Positions 29,219-38,765 of a stretch of 64,000 nucleotides of DNA are shown here, piece by piece. Origin of the DNA: Candidatus Latescibacterota bacterium (GTDB lineage Bacteria; Latescibacterota; UBA2968; UBA8231). A model generated the notes under the pieces. The model ran no database searches and had not been told where the DNA came from. It worked only from the letters and a program-made list of their open reading frames with translations. Within the stretch, counting starts at the first letter, position 1, and each line of letters starts with the position of its first letter. Where the stretch lies: assembly GCA_965203175.1 (NCBI GenBank), contig OZ241867.1:256001-320000 (forward strand), read 5' to 3'. The translations under genes were made by a program, and so were the position numbers.

Positions 29219-29618
29219 GGCACCGGACGAAACGCGCGACTTCTTCGCGGTTTTTATCGAACCGCAAGAAAACGCCGCGAAAGGAATCTAGCCGACCCGG
29301 GCGGGCGGACGGGCGCAAAAAAATACCGTCCCGATGCTCATCTGCTCGACGGAATTCCGCCCAAGAACGGCGCTGTTTAAAGCCGAGGTGTTCGCTGCTG
29401 ACTCCTTCGCCGTCGAGCACGTAGTACGTAGGAAAGAAATAGCGCGACAACGAGGCGGTCAATGCTCCCAGTGAAAATATCCCGTAGAACCAATGCTCAA
29501 AACCAAAAGCAGCAGCCGCTGAGGAAGCGACGATGAGCACGACTAGCAGTATCGACTTTGCCGGCCTCTCCCGGCGCAGGGGGTGGCTCTCCCAGCGAAG
29601 GGCGTCTGTGGAGGACAC
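29202..29618 (-). CDS. hypothetical 2-TM membrane protein with PH-like soluble part
   Basis: GGGAG SD with GTG start, two TM helices, then a beta-rich cytoplasmic tail. Confidence 0.65.
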   Translation of the reverse strand: MSSTDALRWESHPLRRERPAKSILLVVLIVASSAAAAFGFEHWFYGIFSLGALTASLSRYFFPTYYVLDGEGVSSEHLGFKQRRSWAEFRRADEHRDGIFLRPSARPGRLDSFRGVFLRFDKNREEVARFVRCHVPSQ

Positions 29619-29630
29619 GGACGCTCCCTG

Positions 29631-31463
29631 TTAGTACATCTGCTCTTCCTGCGCGACCCACCAGTCTTGCAGGCGGACGCCGGGGGGATACCAAGTGACG
29701 CCACTGAAGCGGCGGCTGTAGGCTTGGGGAGAGCGCGACTTCCACATGAAGGTGTACGGCTGTTCCTCATGCAGGATTTCCTGAAAGCGGCGGTAGAGTT
29801 CGATGCGCTTGTCTATGTCGAACTCGCGGCGGTAGGTCTCTAAGATGTTGTCAACTTCGTCGTTGATAAAGCTCACGTGATTGGAGCCGTTCTCCACTGT
29901 TTGGGAGGAATGCCAGATCTGGTAAGCGTCGGGAGCAAAGCGCAAGCTGCCGGTCCAGCCCAACACCATTGCGTCGAAGTTCTTGCCTTTGACCTTTTGT
30001 AGGAAGATCGACCAGTCTAGCTCGCGCACTTGGCAGTCAATGCCAATATCCTGCAGTTCGTATTGCACCGTCAGAGCGATGTCTTTGCGAAGCTGGTTGC
30101 CCGAGTTGATCAAGATCTCAAAGCTGAATGGCACCAACTCCCCATCGATGGTCTTGTCGAGAATGCCGTCCTCGTCAGCGTCTGCCCAGCCAGCCTCCGC
30201 CAGCAAGTCGAGGGCGCGGTCGGGATCGTACGTGTACGGCACGAGATCGTGGTTGTATTCGGGACGGAACTTGTTGATCGGCCCCTCCACCGTCTCGGCC
30301 AAACCGAACATGATGTTCTCCACCATACCCTCGCGGTCGGTCAAATAGGTCATGGCTTGGCGCACCCGCTTATCGCCGAAGATTGGATGGTTGTTGTTCC
30401 ACCCGATGTACAGATATCCACTGGAGTAGCTAACGCCTTTGAGGAAGCGGCGGTTAAAGTCGTCCGACCAGCTCTTTTCCTTGAACTCCAGAGGACGTAA
30501 GCCGTGGTAGTCAAGATGGCCGTTGGTCAACTCTATGAACGCCGCATCGGTATTGTTGATGATCTTAAAGACCACCTTATCGACAAAGCCCGACGGCAAC
30601 AGTTCCTCTATATCCCGACCCCAGTAGTTTTCATTCCGCGTCAGCACGACTTTCTGCTGGGTGACCAAATCGCGCTCTGGATCTTCGATCAAGTACGGCC
30701 CCGACCCAAGGGCCTTGCGATTGAAATTTTGGTTGAACTGTTGGGCAAAGCGCTCGACCCGTTCTTTGTGTGGCCCCACCTCCCAAGAGCCATCCACCAA
30801 GCTCTTGAACTCGACAGGGTCCATCAGCCCCTCCGGGTCGTAGAAATGCTTGGGCAGGATGTAGAAGCCACCCAAGATCAGGTCATTGCGGAAATAAGGC
30901 TCGCGGCAAAGGAAGCGGACCTTGTTCGTCCCCACGATCTGCACGTCTTGCACGGTAGCATAGTAGTTGCGCAGATGCGGCGCTAGTACTTGGGGGTTGT
31001 GGATAACTTTCATACTGAAGACGACGTCCGCAGCCGTCAGCGGCTTGCCGTCTGAGAAGTAAACCCCGTCGCGCAACTCAAACGTGTACGCAAGTTTGTC
31101 CGCGGCAACTTCAGGATAATCAACGGCCACCCAACCCCGCAGGTTGTACGGCGGATCGTGGCCAGCGTCGAGTAACCTTTCAAAGATAAGTTCCAACACC
31201 TGGCTGGCACCGGCATCGCTGGAGGTGTACGGGTTGAGTTTCTCAGGGTCGGATAGCATGTGGCGCACCATCCAGTCGCCGTGGGTCGGTGCTTCTTCTC
31301 CCTCGTAGCGCAGCGGCCCCTTCTCGGTGCCGTTGAGCACGACGATATCCTTGGTACTCATGAGGATTTTCTGCACCTCCTCCCACGCCTCCTCAGCGGC
31401 GGCATGACCGCCTACGCAGACACCCAACCAAGCGGCCACTATAGACATTCTAACTTTCGGCAT
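29631..31463 (-). CDS. peptide ABC transporter substrate-binding protein (family 5)
   Basis: YTFELRDGVYFSDGKPLTAADVVFS, GSGPY, DKRVRQAM, YDPDRAL. Confidence 0.92.
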   Translation of the reverse strand: MPKVRMSIVAAWLGVCVGGHAAAEEAWEEVQKILMSTKDIVVLNGTEKGPLRYEGEEAPTHGDWMVRHMLSDPEKLNPYTSSDAGASQVLELIFERLLDAGHDPPYNLRGWVAVDYPEVAADKLAYTFELRDGVYFSDGKPLTAADVVFSMKVIHNPQVLAPHLRNYYATVQDVQIVGTNKVRFLCREPYFRNDLILGGFYILPKHFYDPEGLMDPVEFKSLVDGSWEVGPHKERVERFAQQFNQNFNRKALGSGPYLIEDPERDLVTQQKVVLTRNENYWGRDIEELLPSGFVDKVVFKIINNTDAAFIELTNGHLDYHGLRPLEFKEKSWSDDFNRRFLKGVSYSSGYLYIGWNNNHPIFGDKRVRQAMTYLTDREGMVENIMFGLAETVEGPINKFRPEYNHDLVPYTYDPDRALDLLAEAGWADADEDGILDKTIDGELVPFSFEILINSGNQLRKDIALTVQYELQDIGIDCQVRELDWSIFLQKVKGKNFDAMVLGWTGSLRFAPDAYQIWHSSQTVENGSNHVSFINDEVDNILETYRREFDIDKRIELYRRFQEILHEEQPYTFMWKSRSPQAYSRRFSGVTWYPPGVRLQDWWVAQEEQMY

Positions 31464-31501
31464 ATTCTCCCCTTTTGTACTAACCAGTCAGATCTAATTC
31501 A

Positions 31502-32422
31502 TCACACGAAGGTCAACCATCCGTGCCGATCCTCGACTTCGACGCGAACCACAGAGAAAAAGGCGTCTTGTATCTGCGCCGTGATCGGCCCGCATTTCCC
31601 ACAGCCGATCTGCACTTGGTCTATGGCGCGGATCGGCGTGATTTCGGCGGCCGTGCCCGTGAAGAACACCTCATCGGCGATGTAGAGGAACTCGCGCGGA
31701 ATCCCGCGCTGCTCGACTCGCATCCCCAGATCGCGTATCAGGGTAATGGAGGTGTGGCGGGTAATGCCCGGCAGGATGGCAAAACACGACTCGGGCGTGT
31801 AGATCGAGCCGTTCTTGATGACAAAGATATTCTCGCCGCTGCCCTCGCTCACCAACCCATCCGTGCCCAAGACAATTCCCTCGTCATAGCCGTTCGCATT
31901 GGCTTCGATCCGCACGAGTTGCGAATTGAGGTAGTTGCCGCCGGCCTTGGCCAAAGCGGGAAACGTATTCGGGGCCATGCGATTCCACGACGAGGTGCAG
32001 ACCGAAACGCCGTTTTTGAGCGCCGCCTCTCCGAGGTACTCTCCCCACTCCCAAACGGCGATCACTACGTCAACCGGGCATCCCATCGGATCAACTCCCA
32101 AGTTCTCATAGCCGCGGAAGACGACTGGGCGGATATAGCAAGCCGCGAGCTGATTGACGCGGATCGTCTCGAGGATGGCTTCTTTGATCTGCTCGCGCGT
32201 ATAGGGAATTTCCATGCGGTAGATCTTGGCGGAATCAAATAGCCTGTTGACGTGCTCGTCGAGACGGAATACGGCCGAGCCTTTCTCCGTCTCGTAACAG
32301 CGAATGCCTTCAAAGACACTCGAGCCATAGTGTACTACATGGGAAAGCACGTGGATTTTGGCGTCGTCCCAATCGACCAATTGGCCATTAAACCAGATTT
32401 TATCGCATTTGGGCAGGGGCAT
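31502..32422 (-). CDS. ilvE: branched-chain amino acid aminotransferase
   Basis: [40 protein letters not shown]. Confidence 0.96.
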   Translation of the reverse strand: MPLPKCDKIWFNGQLVDWDDAKIHVLSHVVHYGSSVFEGIRCYETEKGSAVFRLDEHVNRLFDSAKIYRMEIPYTREQIKEAILETIRVNQLAACYIRPVVFRGYENLGVDPMGCPVDVVIAVWEWGEYLGEAALKNGVSVCTSSWNRMAPNTFPALAKAGGNYLNSQLVRIEANANGYDEGIVLGTDGLVSEGSGENIFVIKNGSIYTPESCFAILPGITRHTSITLIRDLGMRVEQRGIPREFLYIADEVFFTGTAAEITPIRAIDQVQIGCGKCGPITAQIQDAFFSVVRVEVEDRHGWLTFV

Positions 32423-32500
32423 GTAGAAAATCTCCTCGAATAAGTATGCGATTAGTTAAGGTAACACCACTGCTAAACTGTTACCAGTGTTAAGAAGCTA

Positions 32501-34468
32501 TTACAGCGCTCGCGTATAGGTCGCAGAAAAGCTGTCAAACGTGCCGCTGAGCCGGTGATTGCGGCTGCCTGTCAAGGTCAGCTTGTTGTTGCTGCCGACC
32601 GGATTGTAGTTGAAGGTCGCCCTCAGCGTTCGGTGTGTATTGCGGCGGTTGAGGAAGCGCGACGGTGCGAGCATGGAGTATTCGTACCCCCACTCGCGGT
32701 CGAACCGATAGGCGTAGCTCGCGCTGGCCGAGTAGTCGGAACTGGCCGAGTACGTCATACCGAATTGGACGGAGTGTTTGGCATTCTCCTCTTCGACGAT
32801 TTGGGCACCGTTTTCCGCGATTAAGGTGCCGAAATCATCAGCTTTATACTCGTAACTCGTGTTGAGAGCAAGGGCCTCTAAGATCTTGCGCCGGAGCGAG
32901 TGCCGCATACTCCAGCCGCGGCGAATATTGCTTTCGCGCGACAACTCGCGGCGATTGACTTGGCGATCAAAGTCGTAAATGGTGCGCCGCGCGGAGATGC
33001 TGAATCTGTGCGAAAAGGACGCGCCTAAGCGCTCGTAATTGGTGCCAAGATTGAGCGAGATGTCGCGGTTGCGCGCGTTGTTTCCGGCACGTTTGGCGTG
33101 CAAGTTCACGCGATGCAAAAAGCTGTTTTTGAGGTCGACGTTGAGTTTGGCTCCCGAGCGCAGGGTGCCGTTATAGCTGAGGCTCACGCTGTTGTTGAAG
33201 GTGTCGCGGTCCTGCTCTGGTCTCCCGGGGTTTTCCGAGCGTTTGATCTCGCCGAAAGTCGTCAGCCGCAACGAGTGCCCATCAGCCAAAGGCCAGTTGA
33301 GCGAGCCGTTGAGAAAGAGGTTGCGGTCGCTAAGGTCGGAGCTTGGATCGCGACACGTTCCATCCGCCGAGCGCGTGAAGTGACTGTCGCAGCGGCTAGT
33401 ATCAAGCACCCGCACTGCGAGCCTACGCGCATCGCTGCCCTTGAAACGGACGCTGGTGTTGACGACCAACTTCTCGATTAGCTTGCCCGAAAGTGACGCG
33501 TCCCAACTAAAGTTTTCGCTGAGGCGGTCGGTCCCGAAGAAGCGGTTGTTTAAGTCTTGGGCCGCGTTAGCGGTGTTGGTGCGCTCGTTCTGACTATAAG
33601 AGGCGCGGTTTTTGATCTTGAATAGCCCTAGGTCGAACTCCACGCTGGAAGACAGGCTGGTGCCGCGCGTTTCCGATAACTCAGCACTGATCATCGTATC
33701 GCGCAACACGGCTTCCCCCGCCATATTCTCGCTGATGACGGCGCGCGTGAGACCCCGCTGAGAACGGTTCTCAGACATCCTCAGGCCGATGCGCACCTCC
33801 CCGGGAAAGGTATAGCTCACGTTACCGCTCATCCTCTCGCTGCGATCCTTGTTGTGCTCAAGTGTATCGTCCGTTTTGCTCAGCGAAATCGTGTTGCTCA
33901 CCTTCTTGCCCGCAATTTCTATTTCAGGCGAGACCCCCAGTGAAGCATTGTAGCGGATCCCGGTCTCCTTGATGGTGCTGTCGAGGTTGGCGCGGCTCGC
34001 GCGGGTGGCAGTGACTAGGCTTGGGGTCAGGCTGGCATTCAGGTTCTTGAATGGGCCACTGCTTAATGGCTTGGACCTAAATCCAAAGTTAAAGGACTGA
34101 TGGCGTGTCTTCTGCTTGTGTAGCGTTGAGTTGCTCGTGCTCATGTTGGCACCGAGTCTGATGGTGGCCTTCGGACCGAGAATGGGATAGCTGATCGAAG
34201 ATCGGCCCGAGGCTTTGTCCTGCCAACTCTTGCCGCTGCTGCGATCGTCGAGGGTAAACCCCATGCTCGCCGATGCGTTAATCGTCAGCTTGGAAGTCGA
34301 GTCCCCCACCGCCGAAAACCGCACGGGCGTCGAGTAGCTCCAGCTAGGAAACGAGGGACTCCAAGAGGTTCGGGAACTGGAACGGCTGAAGCTGAGCCTG
34401 TACTGCGCATCGGCCGCCGCCCATGCAGCCAAGACGAGCCAAACCACGTGCCACAAGACCGGTTTCAC
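32501..34468 (-). CDS. hypothetical exported Ser/Arg-rich protein, probable outer-membrane beta-barrel
   Basis: Signal peptide ending AAADA; alternating amphipathic strands throughout; start overlaps the rsmA stop. Confidence 0.6.
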   Translation of the reverse strand: MKPVLWHVVWLVLAAWAAADAQYRLSFSRSSSRTSWSPSFPSWSYSTPVRFSAVGDSTSKLTINASASMGFTLDDRSSGKSWQDKASGRSSISYPILGPKATIRLGANMSTSNSTLHKQKTRHQSFNFGFRSKPLSSGPFKNLNASLTPSLVTATRASRANLDSTIKETGIRYNASLGVSPEIEIAGKKVSNTISLSKTDDTLEHNKDRSERMSGNVSYTFPGEVRIGLRMSENRSQRGLTRAVISENMAGEAVLRDTMISAELSETRGTSLSSSVEFDLGLFKIKNRASYSQNERTNTANAAQDLNNRFFGTDRLSENFSWDASLSGKLIEKLVVNTSVRFKGSDARRLAVRVLDTSRCDSHFTRSADGTCRDPSSDLSDRNLFLNGSLNWPLADGHSLRLTTFGEIKRSENPGRPEQDRDTFNNSVSLSYNGTLRSGAKLNVDLKNSFLHRVNLHAKRAGNNARNRDISLNLGTNYERLGASFSHRFSISARRTIYDFDRQVNRRELSRESNIRRGWSMRHSLRRKILEALALNTSYEYKADDFGTLIAENGAQIVEEENAKHSVQFGMTYSASSDYSASASYAYRFDREWGYEYSMLAPSRFLNRRNTHRTLRATFNYNPVGSNNKLTLTGSRNHRLSGTFDSFSATYTRAL

Positions 34469-35292
34469 GACCTCTCCTTTCCCAAGCGCGAGCAGGCATC
34501 GCTCAGCCGGATGAATTCCTCTATCGACAATTCCTCCGGGCGGCGCGTTAGTTCAATCCCCGCCTGCTGGCCCAGCTCTTCCAGCCAAGGCCGCCCCCCC
34601 TCGGGATTGAGGCCGAGGAGCGAATTGCGCAGCATTTTGCGCCGCTGGCCAAAGGCTCGGCGCACCAAGCGCTCGAAACAGTTTGCGTCCTCTACTGCGT
34701 AGCGGGATTTGGGTGCAAAGCATAGCTCGACTACGGCCGAATCCACCGCCGGCACGGGCCGGAAGCATTCGCGCCCCACCTGCAAGTGCATCTCCACTTC
34801 AGCGCGCATAGCCACCAGCACTGACAGCAAACTGTAATCCTTTGAACCGGGGCTAGCGACCAAGCGCTGAGCCACTTCGCGTTGGACCATGACGATGGCA
34901 CGGCTGATACAATCGGCGTGTGCGAGAAGGTGAAAGATCAGCGGAGCGGTGATATTGTAGGGAAGATTGCCGACAATCAGCAGCCGGTGCCCGCCCGCAG
35001 TCCGCAAGATCTCCCCGAGATCGACTTGCAGAATATCTCCTTCGATCAAGTGCAGCCTGCACGCGCCTTGGCGTGCGCGCAACAGGGCTGCCAAATCGCG
35101 GTCAATTTCCACGGCCACTAGGCGACCCACAGAAGCGAGCAGCACTTCGGTCAACGCGCCCCGACCTGGGCCGATCTCTAAGACCACTTCGCCAGCGGCT
35201 GGGCGCACTAGGCCGGCAATAGCTTCTATAACACCCCGAGCGATGAGGAAGTGCTGGGCAAAACGCGGCCGCGGTCGGTGGGCGTTTACCAA
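34465..35292 (-). CDS. rsmA: 16S rRNA m6(2)A1518/1519 dimethyltransferase
   Basis: AQHFL, EIGPGRGALT, GNLPYNIT, QREVAQR, QRRKMLRN. Start reset to TTG 35292. Confidence 0.94.
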   Translation of the reverse strand: MVNAHRPRPRFAQHFLIARGVIEAIAGLVRPAAGEVVLEIGPGRGALTEVLLASVGRLVAVEIDRDLAALLRARQGACRLHLIEGDILQVDLGEILRTAGGHRLLIVGNLPYNITAPLIFHLLAHADCISRAIVMVQREVAQRLVASPGSKDYSLLSVLVAMRAEVEMHLQVGRECFRPVPAVDSAVVELCFAPKSRYAVEDANCFERLVRRAFGQRRKMLRNSLLGLNPEGGRPWLEELGQQAGIELTRRPEELSIEEFIRLSDACSRLGKERS

Positions 35293-36425
35293 CGCCGTGT
35301 CCTCGCCAAGCTCGGGTCGGGCGGAGGCATCAGGGCTGATCCCCCACGGCGCAAGCCGCGCCACAAGTCAGTCAGCACTAACTGCGGACTAGCGTTGTGC
35401 CCCAAGGTCTCGGCTGCGCGGTCGATCTCTAAGGAAGCTCGGGCAGCGTCTATTTTCTCTAGCAGGTTTTCTAAATAAGGACGCCGATCTACTTGAACGA
35501 TGGATACGTCGCGGCCATGCGCCAACAGGAAAAGATCCCGTAGATACAGATCGCAGACTTGCAAAAAACGCTCTAACTGCCCCCGATCCCCCCCCAACTC
35601 CTCGAGGACGCTCCAATAGACCTCGTCCCGCTGTTCCGAGCCACCACTAAGAAACGACTCTACCAACTGCCGCGTTCCGTCAAACGCCCCGGCAGCCACC
35701 TCTTTGGCCTGCTGCAACGAGCCAGCCCCCATGCGCACGGCCAGTTCCAAACGCTCCCCAGACACGCCCTCTTGCTCGAGCTGCGCCCGCAAGGTCGCTG
35801 CATCTAAGGGACTCAAAATCATGCGCTGGCAGCGCGAGAGCACGGTGGGCAGGAGGCGCTCTGGTGCCGCCGAAACCAACGCGACGATGGCCCGGGCTGG
35901 AGGCTCTTCCAAGAGCTTGAGCAGCGAATTGGCACCCGCCGGGTGCATCCGCTCGGCGGCGAAGATCAGGCCGACCTTGCGCGGAGATTCCGTCGGTGCA
36001 AACGCCAGTTCTCTTTGCAACTGACGCAGGTGTTCAACCGCGATATTGGCATTGCTAGGCAGGGCTGCACCCGCTCCATGGACGTACTCCACTACGGACT
36101 CGCGCAAATCCGCTGGCGAAGACTTCTGCTTGTCTCGGCGAGGAGGTAGCGGCAATGCGGTGTGGAGGTCGGGATGTATAAGCGAAGCGACCTTGCGGCA
36201 GCTCGGGCAACGGTTGCAGGCGAAGGGGCCACTGCCAGTGCATAGCAGGGCTTTCGCCCACGCGAGCGCAAAGCGCCGTTTGCCGATTCCCTCGGCTCCA
36301 CAGATGAGAACCGCATGGGGGATGCGGCCCGATTCGAGCCAAGCTGCGGCCACGGCCCCAGCCCGGTCTCGACGAGCCAGATCGTTGAACTCCCCGGAGT
36401 GCGGGGTGCCGCCCGTGCTGTACAA
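35286..36425 (-). CDS. holB: DNA polymerase III delta' subunit
   Basis: HAVLICGAEGIGK, CxxCxxC...HPD, ANSLLKLLEEPP, LPTVLSRC. Confidence 0.88.
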   Translation of the reverse strand: MYSTGGTPHSGEFNDLARRDRAGAVAAAWLESGRIPHAVLICGAEGIGKRRFALAWAKALLCTGSGPFACNRCPSCRKVASLIHPDLHTALPLPPRRDKQKSSPADLRESVVEYVHGAGAALPSNANIAVEHLRQLQRELAFAPTESPRKVGLIFAAERMHPAGANSLLKLLEEPPARAIVALVSAAPERLLPTVLSRCQRMILSPLDAATLRAQLEQEGVSGERLELAVRMGAGSLQQAKEVAAGAFDGTRQLVESFLSGGSEQRDEVYWSVLEELGGDRGQLERFLQVCDLYLRDLFLLAHGRDVSIVQVDRRPYLENLLEKIDAARASLEIDRAAETLGHNASPQLVLTDLWRGLRRGGSALMPPPDPSLARTRRW

Positions 36426-36433
36426 GCCAATCC

Positions 36434-37543
36434 CTATTTCTGCAACAGGCTCTCTTGGTTGTCCAGAGCAAAAAAGTGGGCTTTGTCTATCTCGATGACC
36501 AACCGCACCGTTTGGTCAACTTGCGGCATGTGCAACGGATCGACGCGCGCGACAAAAGCGGTCTTGCCGGTGGTCAGGTTGAGGAAGACCTCGTTGCCCA
36601 TGGGTTCGACCACCTCGACCTTGGCCGTAATTTCCACGGTCTCGACATTGCGACCAATGGTATCCGGATCGTGAATGTCTTCCGGACGGATGCCCAGCGT
36701 CACCTCCTGACCCAAGTGGCTGCCTAGCTGATCGCCGTGGCCGGTGGGCAGGGCGAGTTGCACATTGCCTTCGTCGAAGACTATCCCGCTGCCATTGGAG
36801 GATAGCGTACCGCGGATGAAGTTCATGGAAGGGCTACCGATAAAGCCAGCAACGAACTGGTTGACGGGTTTGTTGTAGAGATGGAGAGGTTTGTCGATCT
36901 GCTGGATTAGGCCATCGCGCATGACCACTATGCGGTCTCCCATGGTCATGGCCTCGACTTGGTCGTGTGTTACGTACACCATGGTGGCCCCTAGGCGGGT
37001 GTGCAACTTGCTGATCTCGGTGCGCATCTGCACCCGCAGCTTGGCGTCGAGGTTGGAGAGCGGTTCGTCAAAGAGGAATACCTTGGGCTTGCGGACGATG
37101 GCGCGCCCCACTGCCACGCGCTGGCGCTGACCTCCTGAAAGCGCTTTGGGCTTGCGCTCTAGCAAGTCTTGGATGCCGAGTATATCGGCTGCCTCTTGCA
37201 CCCGCGCCTCAATCTCGTCTTTGGGATATTTCCGCAGCTTAAGCCCAAAGGCCATGTTTTGATAGACGCTCATGTGCGGGTAGAGCGCGTAATTCTGGAA
37301 GACCATGGCAATGTCGCGGTCTTTGGGGGGCACGTCGTTGACGATCGTCCCATCTATCGAAATCTCGCCGGCGGTGATTTCCTCAAGCCCGGCGATCATC
37401 CGCAGCGTCGTGGACTTGCCGCAGCCCGACGGACCGACGAGTACTACGAATTCTTTGTCCTTGATTTCGATATTGGCGTCGTCCACTGCCACCACTTCTT
37501 TGTCGTACACCTTGCGGATATTCTTCAGAATTACTTCGGCCAT
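36434..37543 (-). CDS. sugar ABC transporter ATP-binding protein (MalK/UgpC/MsmX type)
   Basis: [36 protein letters not shown]-terminal TOBE domain. Confidence 0.95.
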   Translation of the reverse strand: MAEVILKNIRKVYDKEVVAVDDANIEIKDKEFVVLVGPSGCGKSTTLRMIAGLEEITAGEISIDGTIVNDVPPKDRDIAMVFQNYALYPHMSVYQNMAFGLKLRKYPKDEIEARVQEAADILGIQDLLERKPKALSGGQRQRVAVGRAIVRKPKVFLFDEPLSNLDAKLRVQMRTEISKLHTRLGATMVYVTHDQVEAMTMGDRIVVMRDGLIQQIDKPLHLYNKPVNQFVAGFIGSPSMNFIRGTLSSNGSGIVFDEGNVQLALPTGHGDQLGSHLGQEVTLGIRPEDIHDPDTIGRNVETVEITAKVEVVEPMGNEVFLNLTTGKTAFVARVDPLHMPQVDQTVRLVIEIDKAHFFALDNQESLLQK

Positions 37544-37614
37544 CGCGTCCCTCTTCTACTGTTATAGGCTTCGGCAGTTATTGTGCTAGAAAGAGTTAGA
37601 GTATAATAAATAAA

Positions 37615-38070
37615 TTACAAAATCTCTATGTTGCATTCCATTAAAACGGCATCGTCTGGGGGATCGCTGTAGTACGCCGCCCGCCGCCCTACGGTCCGGA
37701 ACCCCGCCTTGCGATAGAGCGCCCGCGCGGCCCGATTTGTCGATCGCACCTCGAGCGCACAACAACTAGCGCCTTGCTCTGCGGCCAAGCTCAATATCCG
37801 CAACAACAACTGCCCACCCCATCCTTGGTTCCGATATGCCGGAACCACTGCGAGGCTGGCGAGGTGAAAATCGCGGCCAGCGAAATAACCCAGCGCGTAG
37901 CCGATCAGCTCGCCGCGGTGCAAAAGCCCCAAACACAGGGCATCTCTATCTGCAAGTAAATAGCAAAAATCGGCCTTGCCCCACGGATTGGCGAAAGAGA
38001 CTCGCTCGATCTCCAGCAAGCGATGTAGGTGGATCAGCCCTAGCGAAGCGAAGCGACTCTCGTTGCTCAT
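37615..38070 (-). CDS. rimI: ribosomal-protein-alanine N-acetyltransferase
   Basis: GNAT motifs LAVVPAYRNQGWG, LEVRSTN, LYRKAGF...YY...DAVLM; follows tsaB. Confidence 0.88.
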   Translation of the reverse strand: MSNESRFASLGLIHLHRLLEIERVSFANPWGKADFCYLLADRDALCLGLLHRGELIGYALGYFAGRDFHLASLAVVPAYRNQGWGGQLLLRILSLAAEQGASCCALEVRSTNRAARALYRKAGFRTVGRRAAYYSDPPDDAVLMECNIEIL

Positions 38071-38765
38071 GCCCGCGCTAGGGGACGAGCATCGGGCAAG
38101 CGCAAGTATTCAGGTTCCACTGAATCCAAGTCCGCAGTCTGGCCTTTCTCCAGCTTGGACAGCGCCAGCCAGCCAATAGTCCCGGCGTCGGGACGAGCGC
38201 AAGGCAGGGGGGCAAATTGCGCGGCCGAATTGTCCGCCAACAGATCCCGATAGGCCGTGGCTCCGTCTCCGGTGTAAACCGTCGATGCGTTGGCCCGCTC
38301 TTGGGCCAACTGCGCTGGCTCAATAGCTCTAGGCGGCACCAATTCGACTGGGACGCCTGTCGCCGTGTCGTAGAGCGCGGCATAGACCTCGCGCTTGCGC
38401 GCGTCGAGGACAGTACAAACAGGTTTGTGAGCAAAGGGCAGACGGGCAGCCAGTGCTTCCAGCGTTGAAACGGTCACTAGATCTTTGCCCGCGGCCAGAC
38501 ACAAGCCCTTAGCTGCGCTCAACCCAATCCGCAGGCCAGTAAACGACCCCGGCCCAATCGCGACGGCTACGGCCCGTACTTCCCCGACATCCATGTCTGC
38601 GGCCTCTAGTGCTGCCTCCACCTCGCCGAACAGTCGCTGTGAATGCTGCAATCCCACATCGAAATAACGGCTGACGACGATCCCTTCTGCCGCACAGAGC
38701 GCTACGCTACCGACCCGGGTAGCCGTGTCCAACGCCAGAATCGCATCGCGGCCATGCGCGCTCAT
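38067..38765 (-). CDS. tsaB: tRNA threonylcarbamoyladenosine biosynthesis protein TsaB
   Basis: ILALDTAT, GPGSFTGLRIG, DARKREVY, EPEYLR; ATGA overlap with ruvB. Confidence 0.95.
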   Translation of the reverse strand: MSAHGRDAILALDTATRVGSVALCAAEGIVVSRYFDVGLQHSQRLFGEVEAALEAADMDVGEVRAVAVAIGPGSFTGLRIGLSAAKGLCLAAGKDLVTVSTLEALAARLPFAHKPVCTVLDARKREVYAALYDTATGVPVELVPPRAIEPAQLAQERANASTVYTGDGATAYRDLLADNSAAQFAPLPCARPDAGTIGWLALSKLEKGQTADLDSVEPEYLRLPDARPLARA

